Source of the DNA: Octopus sinensis
Lineage: Eukaryota
Length of the DNA: 50,664 nt
Direction: 5' to 3'
Assembly: GCF_006345805.1 (NCBI RefSeq)
Contig: NW_021834386.1
Coordinates: 1-50,664 of the forward strand
Positions 1 to 12,558 of this stretch are shown one piece after another. Position 1 is the first letter of the stretch; each line of letters starts with the position of its first letter. The notes below the pieces were generated by a model. It ran no database searches, had not been told where the DNA came from, and saw nothing but the letters and a program-made list of their open reading frames with translations. The translations under genes and the position numbers were made by a program.

Positions 1-12
1 ATAGATAGATAG

Positions 13-43
<31 letters not shown>

Positions 44-67
44 GATAGATAGATAGATAGATAGATA
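1..67. repeat. (GATA)n microsatellite
   Basis: Direct reading: atag units. Confidence 0.97.
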
Positions 68-221
68 CGACGGGCTTCTTTCGGTTTCCGTCTACTAAAT
101 CTATTCACAATGCTTCGGTCGGCTCGAGACTATAGTAGATGACACTTGCCCAAGGTGCCACACAGTGGTACTGAACCCGTAACCATATGGTTGGTAAGCA
201 AGCTACTCACCATACAGCCAC
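68..221 (-). mobile_element. SINE family A, 5' half (tRNA-like head plus CORE-like CCTTGGGCAAGT segment)
   Basis: Reverse complement reads GTGGCTGTATGGTGAGTAGCTTGC...GGGTTCAGTACC...ACCTTGGGCAAGTGTC...GAAAGAAGCCCGTCG. Near-identical copies lie at 8590, 16465, 17691, 18274, 19944 and 37100. Confidence 0.85.
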
Positions 222-304
222 TACATATGTATATGTGTGCGTGTGTTTGCGTGTGTATACATGTATGTATATATGTATGAATGTATGAATGTATGAATTT
301 ATAT

Positions 305-480
305 ATATACATATATAAAATATTATTAGAGACAAAACCACTATTTTGCAAAACAAACAAGGAAAGACTTAATCAATACATAAAATTTTAATAAATAGTC
401 AAAAAAACCGCCACAATTGTTTCTTGTCTTGATCGACAATCTTCAGGTGGACTTCCAATAAGTCAGTTTCAAATTATGAA
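305..480 (-). mobile_element. Penelope-like terminal fragment with hammerhead-like motif
   Basis: Minus strand 446-415 reads CTGAAGA-TTGTC-gatcaa-GACAA-GAAAC-AATT-GT. Penelope assignment is inference from this motif. Confidence 0.5.
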
Positions 481-494
481 ACATATATATATAC

Positions 495-526
<32 letters not shown>

Positions 527-1068
527 GTATATGGCGATACAGAGAGAGAGAGAAATAGAAAGAAATGGAATGAGGTACGGAGAAGGAGGGAGACAGTGTG
601 TGTGTACAAGGATTAGAAGACAGTGAAAGAAATTGAGAGTAATCCGATCTGACGCATCTAAGCGATATTTCTGATGTCTATGTTGAAAGTTAATGGGTCT
701 GTTTGTCTATTCGCATGTACGTGTTTGTTTACGGCGCAAAGAAAGCACCCTTGATTAGTGTGTTGACGTAGGTGATGGTTAAGCTTTCCTTCCTTGAGTT
801 GCAATCCAGGATTTATAGCAGCCACCCAATCACACTCACACACACACACACATACAAAAAGGCGTACTCAGACAGACAATAATATGAGGAAGATATAAAC
901 ATGTACATATGTTTGTGTATATAACTGTGAATACACGTATACGCACATGTATATGTCCATTTAATTGCAGACACAGAAACCTACAAACACACATTAATAC
1001 AGGACACACGTATATATATATATATATATTATATATATGTGTGTGTGTGTGTGTGTGTGGTGTGTGTG

Positions 1069-1138
<70 letters not shown>

Positions 1139-1320
1139 ACATGCGCACACACACACATATATATGTATATATATATGTATACACATATACACATACATAC
1201 ATATGTGTGTGTATGCATGTATGTATTACCTACATACACATATACATACATATGTATGCGGATCTATATATCTGTGTGTGTATATATATATATATACCTA
1301 CATATGAATGTATATATGTA
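481..1320. repeat. Compound (TA)n/(GA)n/(TG)n/(CA)n microsatellite region with short unique inserts
   Basis: Direct reading; explains the poly-YI/HT/CV ORFs. Confidence 0.9.
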
Positions 1321-1873
1321 TGTGTAATTTTATGATAAACCCCTACCGTTTTATATTTATTTTTCACGTTTCGTTTACTCAGCTGTCGTCTGTCTTAAAG
1401 ACAAAATCCTTTCGCTGGATACAGACGAGACAAAATAAAGTATAAATAATTATATGCAGTCGAAGAACTGAGAAGTTTAAGGATTTTCCATAGTGATTAT
1501 CAGCATATGCTAATCGGTGTAATTCTGTAAGAATGTAAAACAGCACCTTGCGAACGTTTCTATTTCTATTTATATAAATATGCACTGGCGTCTATCACAC
1601 ACAGACACATATTCGAGGCGCTGTTGAAGAGTACCTGATTTTAAGGGTGTCGCGAAAAGCTTGAGTGGAGGTTCGATCTTCCGAGTTCTCTTACAGGGCT
1701 TAGAAAAAACGCTACAACCGCTGCTATAAGTGTATGAATCTGTTAAACTAAATAACAATTAACTGATCCTCCTGTATTATTTAATCCAAAACCACGAACT
1801 TTTCAACACCCTTTTGTGTGCATAGGCAACACATACACATGCATATACATATATTTCTATTTATGCATACATA

Positions 1874-1915
<42 letters not shown>

Positions 1916-2489
1916 TAACACACACACACATACACACATATAAATATATATACATACACACCACACACACACACATATATGTATACGAGCAAAACGCACC
2001 CCTCCCGTCCAATTAACGGTGCTGAGTTGTCAAACATTTAAACCGAACTTTCACAAAACAACTTGTTCGACCGTCCCTTTGAGAAACACTGATTTAACCT
2101 AAATTTGAGACACCAGCAAAAGAAGAAATAAGATAGATTTTTTTCTATTCCTAAGGAAAACGATTTTATTCACACAAATATGCAACCGAAGAGTTTAAAG
2201 TACCAGTAATGATAAGGCTGTTGACTGGGAGAATACAAACATGGTTTAAACAGTAAGCTTGGCAGAAAGGAAACATGCCTTTAAGCAGTACAAAAACAGC
2301 AAAAGTGGAAGGTGCAGTTATGTACGGGTTGACGGAAGAAAAGCAGGACAAATACGGCTTTATCGATCGCGTTCTCACCTGGAATCGAGTTTTGTAATTT
2401 TTCGAAGACTCCCTGATACCGTCGATATCTACATATCAAAATTGAGCGCAATCGGGTGGAGGATGCCCGAGATCTGAGAAGACACTCAG

Positions 2490-2596
2490 ACAGACAGAAC
2501 GGATTTTATATAAGTTATATAAATATATAAATATATATACATACATACATACATACATACAAACATACATACATACTTACAAACATATATATATAT

Positions 2597-2695
<99 letters not shown>

Positions 2696-2775
2696 CACAC
2701 ACACACGCACATATATATATATATATATATTTATATACATACACAGACATGGATGCATACAAACATACATACATA
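2490..2775. repeat. Compound (CATA)n/(TA)n/(CA)n microsatellite
   Basis: Direct reading. Confidence 0.9.
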
Positions 2776-3000
2776 AATAAATAATGAGTGAGTATATTTC
2801 ATGCCATTATTTTTATAGCTCTGTTCTTCGTTTATACCCTGCGATGGAAGTAAGCCTTACAGAATTTGTCTTTGAAACTTGTGGTTCCAAGTGGGGAGTT
2901 CTCTTTGTGCGAGTGCTGTCTGGGACAAACACCTGAATTTTATTACATTCTCCTCGGTATTATTTATATGTGTATATGTCTGTGTATATGAGAGAGAGAG

Positions 3001-3037
<37 letters not shown>

Positions 3038-3039
<2 letters not shown>

Positions 3040-3415
3040 ACGTTCTGAGTTCGTATTCCGCCGAGGTCGACTTTGCCTTTCATCAGTAAGATCTTAGCTC
3101 TGAGGTAGACGGAATCGCCAAGTCCCTTCTACCAAAATTGCGACTCATGTACCAATAATGGTTTCAAATATTGATTAGCCAGAGGTAGCGAGCAGGCAGA
3201 ATCGTTGCCACGGCGGACCAAATGCTTAGCGGTATTTCGTCCATCTTTATGTTCTGAATCGAGGCCGACGTTGCTTTTCACCCTTTCGGGGACGATAAAA
3301 TAAGTACTAGTTAAGCACTGGGTCCGATGAAATACGCTGGAGGTGAGCACTTGGGTCGACATTTACCGCTTCCTCGAAATTGCTGGCCTTGTGCTAAAAT
3401 TTAAAAGCAATATTA
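3038..3415 (+). mobile_element. SINE family B, one fragment plus one degenerate near-full copy
   Basis: ggtagcgagcaggcagaatcgtt...gtatttcgtccatctttatgttctga...ctttcggggacgataaaataagtac matches the family B consensus seen elsewhere in the window. Confidence 0.8.
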
Positions 3416-4586
3416 AAGATTATGGCGCCAGGAATGCTTTTGATCGTAATCCCACCCGTCCAGAGTCGAATTAAACAACAATAAACAAAATAACAATTTT
3501 AATTAACATAAGCAACAATGCTAATAAACAAGAGAAAAACATGACGTCAACAATTTATTTTCGACGACAATTAGGAATACAAGATGATGGGAAAAACCGT
3601 GGAAACAAAGAGTGACAACAACAACAACTACGACAACAACAACAACGACAATAATAGCAACAACAAGAATAGCAACTGCAAAACGTACCACTGTCCTCAC
3701 CTTCACCACTAGAGAAAACAATTACAATAAATACAAGAATTGAGGCAGCAGCCATCAGGCAATATGGAGAACAAAGGTTTGAGACATTAATATTAATAAG
3801 CTGACAGCCAGAAGTGACGTCAGGGTTGTTTTTTTCTTGTTTTTTTTTTTTGATTTCTCATTCGTCGCAAGTTTTTTTCCGTTTATGATTGTCACTGTCA
3901 ACAATTGCATCTCGACATTACTGCCATCATCCCAAACCATCAACAACCATCACCAGAAGAAAACTAATACGACCACCACTACCACCATCAACACCAACGC
4001 CATCACCACCACTATCATCGTTCCAACAGCCGTTACAACCAATATTTACGACTATTACCACGGCCACCACGGCCACCGGCAATCACAATATCCCCCACCC
4101 TGTCATTATGACTAATACTTCTTCAACCATCTATCAATACATTAATGTGACGCTAGGTGTCACAAACACGCGTGTGCCTCTACAGCATCGCAATTATTGG
4201 ACTCCATATTCATATTGCTATCATCCCGGCCTTCCTCATCTCCGGACCCGCCCACTTATATACATAATTGAATTGCCTCGTCATCATTGCAAGAATAGTA
4301 AGCCGACGATGGTGTCTTTGGAGGGGCCGTCGACCTATTAGAAATAGCAGCCAATTGAACCTCAAAACTCAAGCTCTGTGTTAGAGGAGTGCGCTTTAGA
4401 TAATATAGGCCTCGTTTTATTTCTCATAATGACAACACACGAAATGGTCACATACAGAAAGGCTTTAACACTACTAAATAAAGACTAGAATCTCCATTAA
4501 TGCCACCGATTGGTGAATAAGAGGATACCTAGATAGATGTGATGATGTTAGTAATAAAAAAAATCAGTTGAATTGTGAAATTCCAA

Positions 4587-5668
4587 AGGCAGTGAGCTTG
4601 AAGAATCATTAGCACACGGGACGAAATACTTAGCAATATTCCGTCTGCCGTTACGTTCTGTGTTCAAATTCCACTGAGCTCGAGTTTGCCTTTCATTCTT
4701 TTGGGGTCGATTAAATAAGTACCAGTTACACACTGGGGTCGATATAATCGACTTAATCCGTTTGTCTGTCCTTGTTTGCCCTCTCTGTATTTAGCCCCTT
4801 GTGGGTAGTAAAGTAATAGGTATTTCGTCCATCACTACGTTCTGTTCAAATTTCCGCCGAGTTCGACTTTGCCTTTCATCATTTCGGGGCCGATAAATTA
4901 ACTACCAGTTCCCTACAGAGGTCGAACTAATCGACTGGCCCTCTCCCCAAAAATTTCGGGCCTTGTGTTTAGAGTAGAAAAGAATAATGATAATTATTAC
5001 TTTTTAGGTGGTGAGCTGGCAGAAACGTTAGCACGCCGAGCGAAATGCTTAACCGCATTTCGTCTGTCTTTACGTTCTGAGTTCAAATTCCGCCGAGGTC
5101 GACATTGCCTTTTATCCTTTCGGGGTCGATAAGTTGAATACCAATTACGCACTGGGGTTGATGTAATCGACTTAATCCCTTTGTCTATCCTTGTTTGTCT
5201 CCTATATGTTTAACCCCTTGTGGGCAATAAAGAAATATGATACGTTAGCATGCCGGGCGAAATGCTTAACCGTATTTCGTCTGTCTTTACGTCCTGGGTT
5301 CAAATTCTACCGAGTTCGACTTTGCCTTTCATCCTTTCGGGGTCGATATATTAAGTATCATTTGAATACTGGGATTGATCTAATCGACTGGGCCCCTCCT
5401 ACAAAATTTCGAGCCTTGTGCCTAGAGAAGAATAGGTTATTATTGTTATCAAAGGCGGTGAGGTGGCAGAAACGTTAGCACACCGGGCGAAATGCTTAAC
5501 CGTATTTCGTCTGTCTTTACGATCTGGGTTCAAATTCCGCCGAGGTCGATTTTGACTTTCATCCTTTCGGAGTCGATAAATCAAGTATCATTTGAATACT
5601 GGGATTGATCTAATCGACTGGCGCCCTCCCACAAAATTTCGGGCCTTGTGCCTAGAGTGGAAAAGAAT
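4587..5668 (+). mobile_element. Head-to-tail array of about 5 SINE family B units
   Basis: Repeated GGCGGTGAGCTGGCAGAAACGTTAGCAC...GAGTTCAAATTCCGCCGAGGTCGACTTTGCCTTTCATCCTTTCGGGGTCGATAA. A-box-like TGGCAGAA and B-box-like GTTCAAATTCC are present. Confidence 0.9.
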
Positions 5669-6285
5669 ATTTATTACGTTTTATTATTTTCTCCATTGTT
5701 CCATATCCTGTAAGTTAAGGTTTCAATATAACCGAGTAGACATAAGTTAGTAACTTAATTATATAGTGCAGCCGATACGGTTGGCCAAACATATGAATGC
5801 ATTGCCTCAGCGTGGCATTAATTCCATGGCAGGAACTAGTAAATTGATATAAAAAATATGAATAGAAATAAATAGAAAAAAACACAAAAATTAGTTTTTT
5901 GTTTTCTTTTCGGTGGACGCCATGTTATAATGTTTCACCCCATCTCCACTACCGCCATTATTATTCATAAGGCGGTTGTGGCCCCTAAATTGTTCGTTGT
6001 CTACCTCCTACAATCACACTCAATCACTCTCTTCAATCAAACTCACTCCCATTGTTAATAACTCCACCATTACTACCACTGATGCCAGCAGCGTCAACAC
6101 CAGTCCCATAACTGCCACCACCACCACCACCACTGCAACTACTGCATTTAGCCCTTACGGCATCCATCACCACCACCACCAACACCACCTGGGTCCACCA
6201 ATTGTCCGATCAGCAGCACCACCACCAGCGTCACCAGTAACTCTACCAACGCCTTCGGAACCGCCACTTGGGCACGAACACCAGC

Positions 6286-6516
6286 TTCACTGTCACCAGC
6301 CCCACCACTGACGCCACCAGCCCCTCCACTGACGCCACCAGCACCATCATTGACGCCATCAGCCCCTCCACTGACGCCACCAGCCCCTCCACTGACGCCA
6401 CCAGCACCATCATTGACGCCACCAGCCCCTCCACTGACGCCACCAGCCCCTCCACTGATGCCACCAGCCCCACCACTGACGCCACCAGCCCCACCACTGT
6501 CACCACCAGCGCCACC
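6286..6516. repeat. 21-bp minisatellite (ACTGACGCCACCAGCCCCTCC), about 10 units, in degenerate (ACC)n terrain
   Basis: Units counted from 6307 at 21-bp spacing; translates as TDATSPS. Confidence 0.9.
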
Positions 6517-6889
6517 AGCAATTTCACCACCACCACTACGAGTGCCACCTGCACCACAACCAGTGCAACAAGCACCCCCATATGCGCCATCAGCACCCGC
6601 ACCAGCCCCACTAGCACCTGCACCGGCACCTGCAGCACCACCACTACTACCCATACTACAACCACCACACCACCAGCCTACGAATTAATAATGTTCTCTC
6701 TGAACTGAAACAGCTTGCAGCCACTTAGTTTATTGTTCGTTGGGGTCACTAAAACCCCCACGCGCCACCACAACCATGGCCGTACAACCACTTCTGCATC
6801 AAACGTCATCAGAATCTACCAGGGAAAACCACGCCCATCATGGCGGCCACCGAACCATTCTTACCGACAACTTCGCTTCTGCAACCACC

Positions 6890-7037
6890 GCAAACAACTA
6901 TAATCACTACTACGATCAGACATCACCATCACAACAATCAGCATTACAATTAACACAGCAACCACTACTACTACCACCACCACCACTACTACTACTACTA
7001 CTATGTCCACCACTACTACTACTACTAATACTACTAC

Positions 7038-7073
<36 letters not shown>

Positions 7074-7262
7074 TAGTACTACTTCGATGACCACTACTAC
7101 TATTATTACTCCTACCGCTACTACTATTACTACCACTGCTACTTCTATTACTACTACTACTACTATTACTATTAATGCTACTGCTACTACTATTAAACAA
7201 CTGCTGCTACTATTACTACCACTGCTACTACTATTTCTACTACTGTTACTACTGTTACTATT
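6890..7262. repeat. (ACT)n / degenerate trinucleotide microsatellite
   Basis: Direct reading. Confidence 0.92.
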
Positions 7263-7271
7263 TGTTTTCAA

Positions 7272-7515
7272 AATCCGTTTGTCTGTCCTTGTTTGTTCCC
7301 TCTATGTTTAGCCCCTTGTGGGTAGTAAAGAAATAGGTATTTCGTCCGTCTTTATATTCTGGGTTCAAATTCTACGGAGGTCGATTTTTGCTTTTCGGCT
7401 TTTCAAAGTCGATAAAATAAAAAGCAGTTGTGTACTTAGGTCGATGCAATTAACCTTCGTCCCAACTCCAAAATTGCTGGCCTTGTGCCAAATTTTGAAA
7501 TCAATATTAAGTATG
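7272..7515 (+). mobile_element. SINE family B, 5'-truncated
   Basis: aatccgtttgtctgtccttg...gtgggtagtaaagaaataggtatttcgtcc... matches 4740-4985. Confidence 0.85.
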
Positions 7516-8349
7516 TGACATGAGCCGCAGCACCTCATGCGACATAATATAGTGTTGAGTTCTTTCTGTTGGGAAACAATTGACGAGATGGTCACAAATG
7601 GAGAGCCTCTCATTTTTATGCCTGCTATGTCTTGTATGATAAGAGGCTAAACAGCAATACCTATTCTTTTACTGTCATCATCAAACAAGGGAAATGCGAT
7701 AATGCGCATGATGTCACTACCTTCTGACTCACCTCTACATCCTTGCCGCCTCGCCTCACCCAGCACTTACACAGCATCTGGCATCCACCTCGATCAAACT
7801 CCCTATGTAAAAGACAAAACTCTGATTTATATAAATCTCCTCTCAAACCATTAAGTGTTAACATGCTTCACCAAGTAACAAACAATAAAAATGTAAAATA
7901 TTCAGGTGACAAGGAAAAACACCTGCATATATTAATTAATTAGTTTCGTTATTTCTATTTCATTATTCCATTTTCGTTTTCTGAGCACCCATTAAAATAT
8001 TGCCTTGTTACACGTTGCTAAATAGTCAGCCTCTACGTGGACATACGGTCTACATGAAACGGCAATCAATTCACCCTCAATTTTCATGCCAGTGTTTTTC
8101 GAAAAAACATTAGAGAATATGGCCATGGGTAACCTACACAATGACAAATGCGAGATGGTCACAATTGGAATTTAATTGATCATGGGTCTGAAACTGAAAA
8201 ACAGCAAAATAATTACTCTCAAAATCTTAATTATTTTCTGGCCATTGTGGCGACCTCTTTCTTACTCGATCTTCTAGAAATAGAAATCTCTCTCTCACAG
8301 GCAGACACACACACATGGATGTATATATAAACAATGGGCTTCCATATCC

Positions 8350-8751
8350 TCTTTTACTTGTTTCAGTCATTTGACTGCGGCCATGCTGGAGCACCGCCTT
8401 TAGTCGAGCAACTCGACCCCAGGACTTATTCTTTTTGTAAGCCCAGTACTTATTCTATCGGTCTCTTTTTGCCGAACCGCTAAGTGACGGGGACGTAAAC
8501 ACACCAGCATCGGTTGTCAAGCAATGCTAGGGGAACAAACACAGACGCACAAACACACACACATACATATATATATATATACATATATACGACAGGCTTC
8601 TTTCAGTTTCCGTCTACCAAATCCACTCACAAGGCATTGGTCGGCCCGAGGCTATAGCAGAAGACACTTGCCCAAGATGCCACGCAGTGGGACTGAACCC
8701 GGAACCGTGTGGTTGGTTAGCAAGCTACTTACCACACAGCCACTCCTGCGC
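8350..8751 (-). mobile_element. Full-length SINE family A (head, internal TA/TG microsatellite, 3' half ending TGACTGAAACAAGTAAAAG)
   Basis: Same two-part layout as 18274-18660 (+) and 36861-37266 (-). Confidence 0.9.
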
Positions 8752-8774
8752 TTATATAGTGCTAGTTATTAAAA

Positions 8775-8892
8775 TCCACTCAGTCTCACAGGACTATAAA
8801 AGAAGATACTTGTGCATGATGACCCGCTGTTGGATTGAACTCGAAATCACGTAGTTGGAAAGCTAGCTTATTAATCGCACAGCGGTGCCTAT
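8775..8892 (-). mobile_element. Degenerate SINE family A head
   Basis: Reverse complement taggcaccgctgtgcgattaataagctagctttccaactacgtgatttcgagttcaatcc aligns by eye to the family A head. Confidence 0.55.
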
Positions 8893-9190
<298 letters not shown>

Positions 9191-9192
9191 AA

Positions 9193-9419
9193 GTATCAAT
9201 AATTGTCGGCGCCCTGGGAACAGTGAGCAAAAATCTCAGGAAGTACGTGGAACAAATAGGGGCTGCAATAAGGGCGGAGCACTTGCGGAAAACAGCACTA
9301 ATTGGAACCGATCGAATATTCCGGAAGGTGCTCGATAAATAAGGGGTGCTATATTAGTTCACAGGTAGTAAACAGCTGACACCGTAGTACATCTCCAGCG
9401 TTAGAAGCTGTGCAAAGGC
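9193..9419 (+). mobile_element. 5'-truncated R4/Dong-type non-LTR retrotransposon 3' end (restriction-like endonuclease C-terminus plus 3' UTR)
   Basis: 9193-9342 translates VSIIVGALGTVSKNLRKYVEQIGAAIRAEHLRKTALIGTDRIFRKVLDK*. This matches the typical RLE C-terminus (P-I-V-I-G-A-L-G...L-Q-K-T-A-L-L-G-T-A-R-I-L-R-K-V-L-stop). Flanked by TAA tracts on both sides. Confidence 0.85.
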
Positions 9420-9435
9420 AATAATAATAATAATA

Positions 9436-9476
<41 letters not shown>

Positions 9477-9492
9477 TAATAATAATAATAAG
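9420..9492. repeat. (TAA)n microsatellite
   Basis: Direct reading. Confidence 0.97.
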
Positions 9493-10255
9493 TGCCCTGA
9501 TGCAGTACCAGGCAGTGGCTCTCCTGGCTTCTGGTCTTAACTGATTGGAAGTTTTATCATGTACATTGTTTTGTCTTGGTATAAAAGATGGGCTACAGCA
9601 AATATTCTGCTCAATACCAACAGATTTGATTGTCAGTTGTTTGACCTTAACCAGTTGAGCATGTCCCTTAGTGGCTGACGATATGTGCATCTCTGATCAC
9701 GAGCAGAAGTAGTGGGGGAGCATCATAGCCATGTGTTGAGAGGGATTCTTTGGGGTTTGAATAATTCACCTCTGGAAACATGGGTGTTTCGTTCAACATC
9801 CTCAAACAACCCTTATTCAGGGACCTTTTCAGCGGGATGGGTTACTCGATCTGAAAAAATTCTAACTGGGCCCCACCTGCAAGGTCATGTGCTATTTATC
9901 TTGATATGAGATCACCATGTCGTGCATATATGGTTGTGATGCATGTGCCTGGTGTACCCTTATCAGACGGGTAGTCATGATGGGTATATTGGACTTCGTA
10001 TATTTTTATCCCAGTGTCACTTTGATGGCATGAACTGCTCTCTCACTCAGTAATAATAATAATAACACCAGCAAAAATTACCTCAGGACTGAGAATCCAG
10101 GATTAGGTTCAGAATTCTATATTGACCTAATGAAAACTGGAGTGTAAGTCAGACGAAACATTGGTGTAACAACAAACAAGATGAGGACACATGTCCTTCC
10201 AATGTAAATAATGTAAATAATGTACAGAATTCCTCATTTCTAAAATATCGAACAG
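9493..10255 (+). mobile_element. Probable non-autonomous repeat element, GC-richer, with internal TAA tract and terminal hammerhead-like module (copy 2, about 10064-10255)
   Basis: No useful ORF; bounded by TAA. CTAATGA (10127-10133)...GAAAC (10155-10159) module is duplicated in inverted form at 8893-9044. Confidence 0.6.
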
Positions 10256-10939
10256 TAGCGATACCTATTTCAAAAATTTTATGAGTTATCCAATCGAAAA
10301 TTTATACTCCAGAGTACTTTCTAACACTGAAATGTACTGAAATGCACTTCTTTATGAACTTTATGAAAACAACAGAAAGTTTTCTTATTTATCAAGTTTG
10401 AACTTAAGTTAGAAGATAGTTACTTCACCAAGAGCTAAAAGATTATTAGGTTTAATGCCGTTTTCTCACTTGGATAAAGAACTTTAGTGAATAAGGTCAA
10501 CAATTTATGAATACATGCACGAGTAATGTATAATTCATAATGCCGGAGAGAGAGGGTCGTCTCATGAAAACAATGCTTGGAATTATAGAAAGCACAATTC
10601 CATATCATATTTGGTGCATGTATGTATAACACTACGATGTGATATGTATGTGTAACAAACAGTAAGTAGCTTCATAGAGATATCATTGAAAACAGCCTTC
10701 TGTGTTCAGTGAGTTTATGATATTTGATGGTTCTGTAATTGTTTTCCCCTGTACATTACCACGGGGCTCGATTTGGTTATCTATGTCAGTGCAGATTTAT
10801 GTATCTCTGAAATCGAAAGCTGCCCAATACATCAATATTAATGCAAATTCATTGCCAAGAATTTCGTTTCAGGTTTTACTGATACGATTTATTTGTTCAA
10901 TAAAAACAGAGCAAAAATTTACGAATACTAGTACAAATT

Positions 10940-10983
<44 letters not shown>

Positions 10984-11716
10984 CGCCATAAAGCTTTCTG
11001 ATAAGAATACTTTCATAATATTTTACCAAATATAAGGTCTCAATAGACACCTGGTCTTCCAGTTATAAGAACACCGTTTTTCAATATTAAAACGGAGAGA
11101 GAATTTCACACATATACAGTGAGTGATATAATATTTGACAATCTCAAAGTTATTGCGCGCATTCACATTTTATAAATACACGCATCGTCATAAATAGCCT
11201 GCATCACATCATATATAAAATACTTACAGAAATAGACAGAGCAAAATATTTTAAAGTAGTCATCTATACTATATTTACTGGATTGATGTTCGATATTGAT
11301 ATATGCAGATGAATAAAATTTGATGGTAAATATGCAGCGTTTTCTTTCAACATTAACTTAGCTGTATCGGTTATATTAACAACTAATGTATTCTATTTTG
11401 GTAGAAAAATCTACATATTCTCATGCTATCAAGCACAGATAAAACTATTCTCATTTGTAATTTTCTCACGTTTTTTGTTAACGTAAAATAATGAAATTCA
11501 TAATGAATTTCAAAATTGCAGTTTTCGATAACATTATAGTGTTAGAAGGAAGATAAAGGAAAATGTGTCTTAAATGCTTTTGGTGAATTCACATGTATGT
11601 GCATTCATAAATTTATATATAATATGTATTGAGTAGGGATACAGAATCGATAATATTCGATAAAATAACCGTGGCCAAATGGATACACGAGAGTGGAAGC
11701 ACCTCATTTCACTTAC

Positions 11717-11767
11717 CAACTCCCATTGCGAGACGGTCGATCATTAAAAGGTGTACAAAAAGAGAGA
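11717..11767 (-). CDS. Candidate 51-nt symmetric exon, (F)SLFVHLLMIDRLAMGV, possibly signal-peptide-like
   Basis: Minus acceptor ttttttttaaattaattttcacag and donor G|gtaagt. Possible upstream ATGT|gtaagc at 12061-12058. No homology recognised. Confidence 0.35.
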
Positions 11768-12132
11768 CTGTGAAAATTAATTTAAAAAAAACAATGTTTA
11801 TTCTTAGAAAATTAATATTTCAATCCAGAAAATAATTCGAATCCAATTTATTTTGCAATTAAACGAGATTAAATAAGCTATTTTCAATTTAAAACATCGT
11901 GCCTGCTTAGCAATAAGATAGCAGTTATGGCGAGCTAATGGGAATATATACACAAACTTCAGTTTTATTCATACGACGTACAATTCAGATCTTGTATACT
12001 ATTTATAAATACATCGACTTCTCTCTCTAACTCTCTCACCCATTCGCTCTCGCTTACACATTTCCTTTCTTTCTTTGTCTCTCTCTCTCTCCTAGCCAAT
12101 TTCTCACCGTATGAATATCTATCTACTTCTCC

Positions 12133-12134
<2 letters not shown>

Positions 12135-12188
<54 letters not shown>

Positions 12189-12269
12189 TCTCTTTATTTT
12201 CTATCTTTATTTCCTCTCCGTGTTTCTTTCTGTGGAAGAGCGAATTCTCCCCTATATATATATATCTAT

Positions 12270-12316
<47 letters not shown>

Positions 12317-12327
12317 TATATATATAT

Positions 12328-12374
<47 letters not shown>

Positions 12375-12420
12375 TCTATATATGTATGTATGCATATATA
12401 TAATATATATATATATATAA
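12135..12420. repeat. (TA)n compound microsatellite
   Basis: Direct reading. Confidence 0.95.
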
Positions 12421-12558
12421 AAAAGTTGAGTTGTGGGGTATCGCACGAGTGGGATTATATAAGAAAAAAGGTTTGAAAATGCAATTTAAACGATGTTTAT
12501 TTACTTAACCGGTTTCACTCTTTGGTAAAAGATTGTCAAAAGTTACATTTAAGGAAAC

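Noticed and set aside
4587-5668. CRISPR-like repeat/spacer array
   Set aside because: Eukaryotic context; the repeats are 150-230 bp diverged SINE copies, not short direct repeats with unique spacers.
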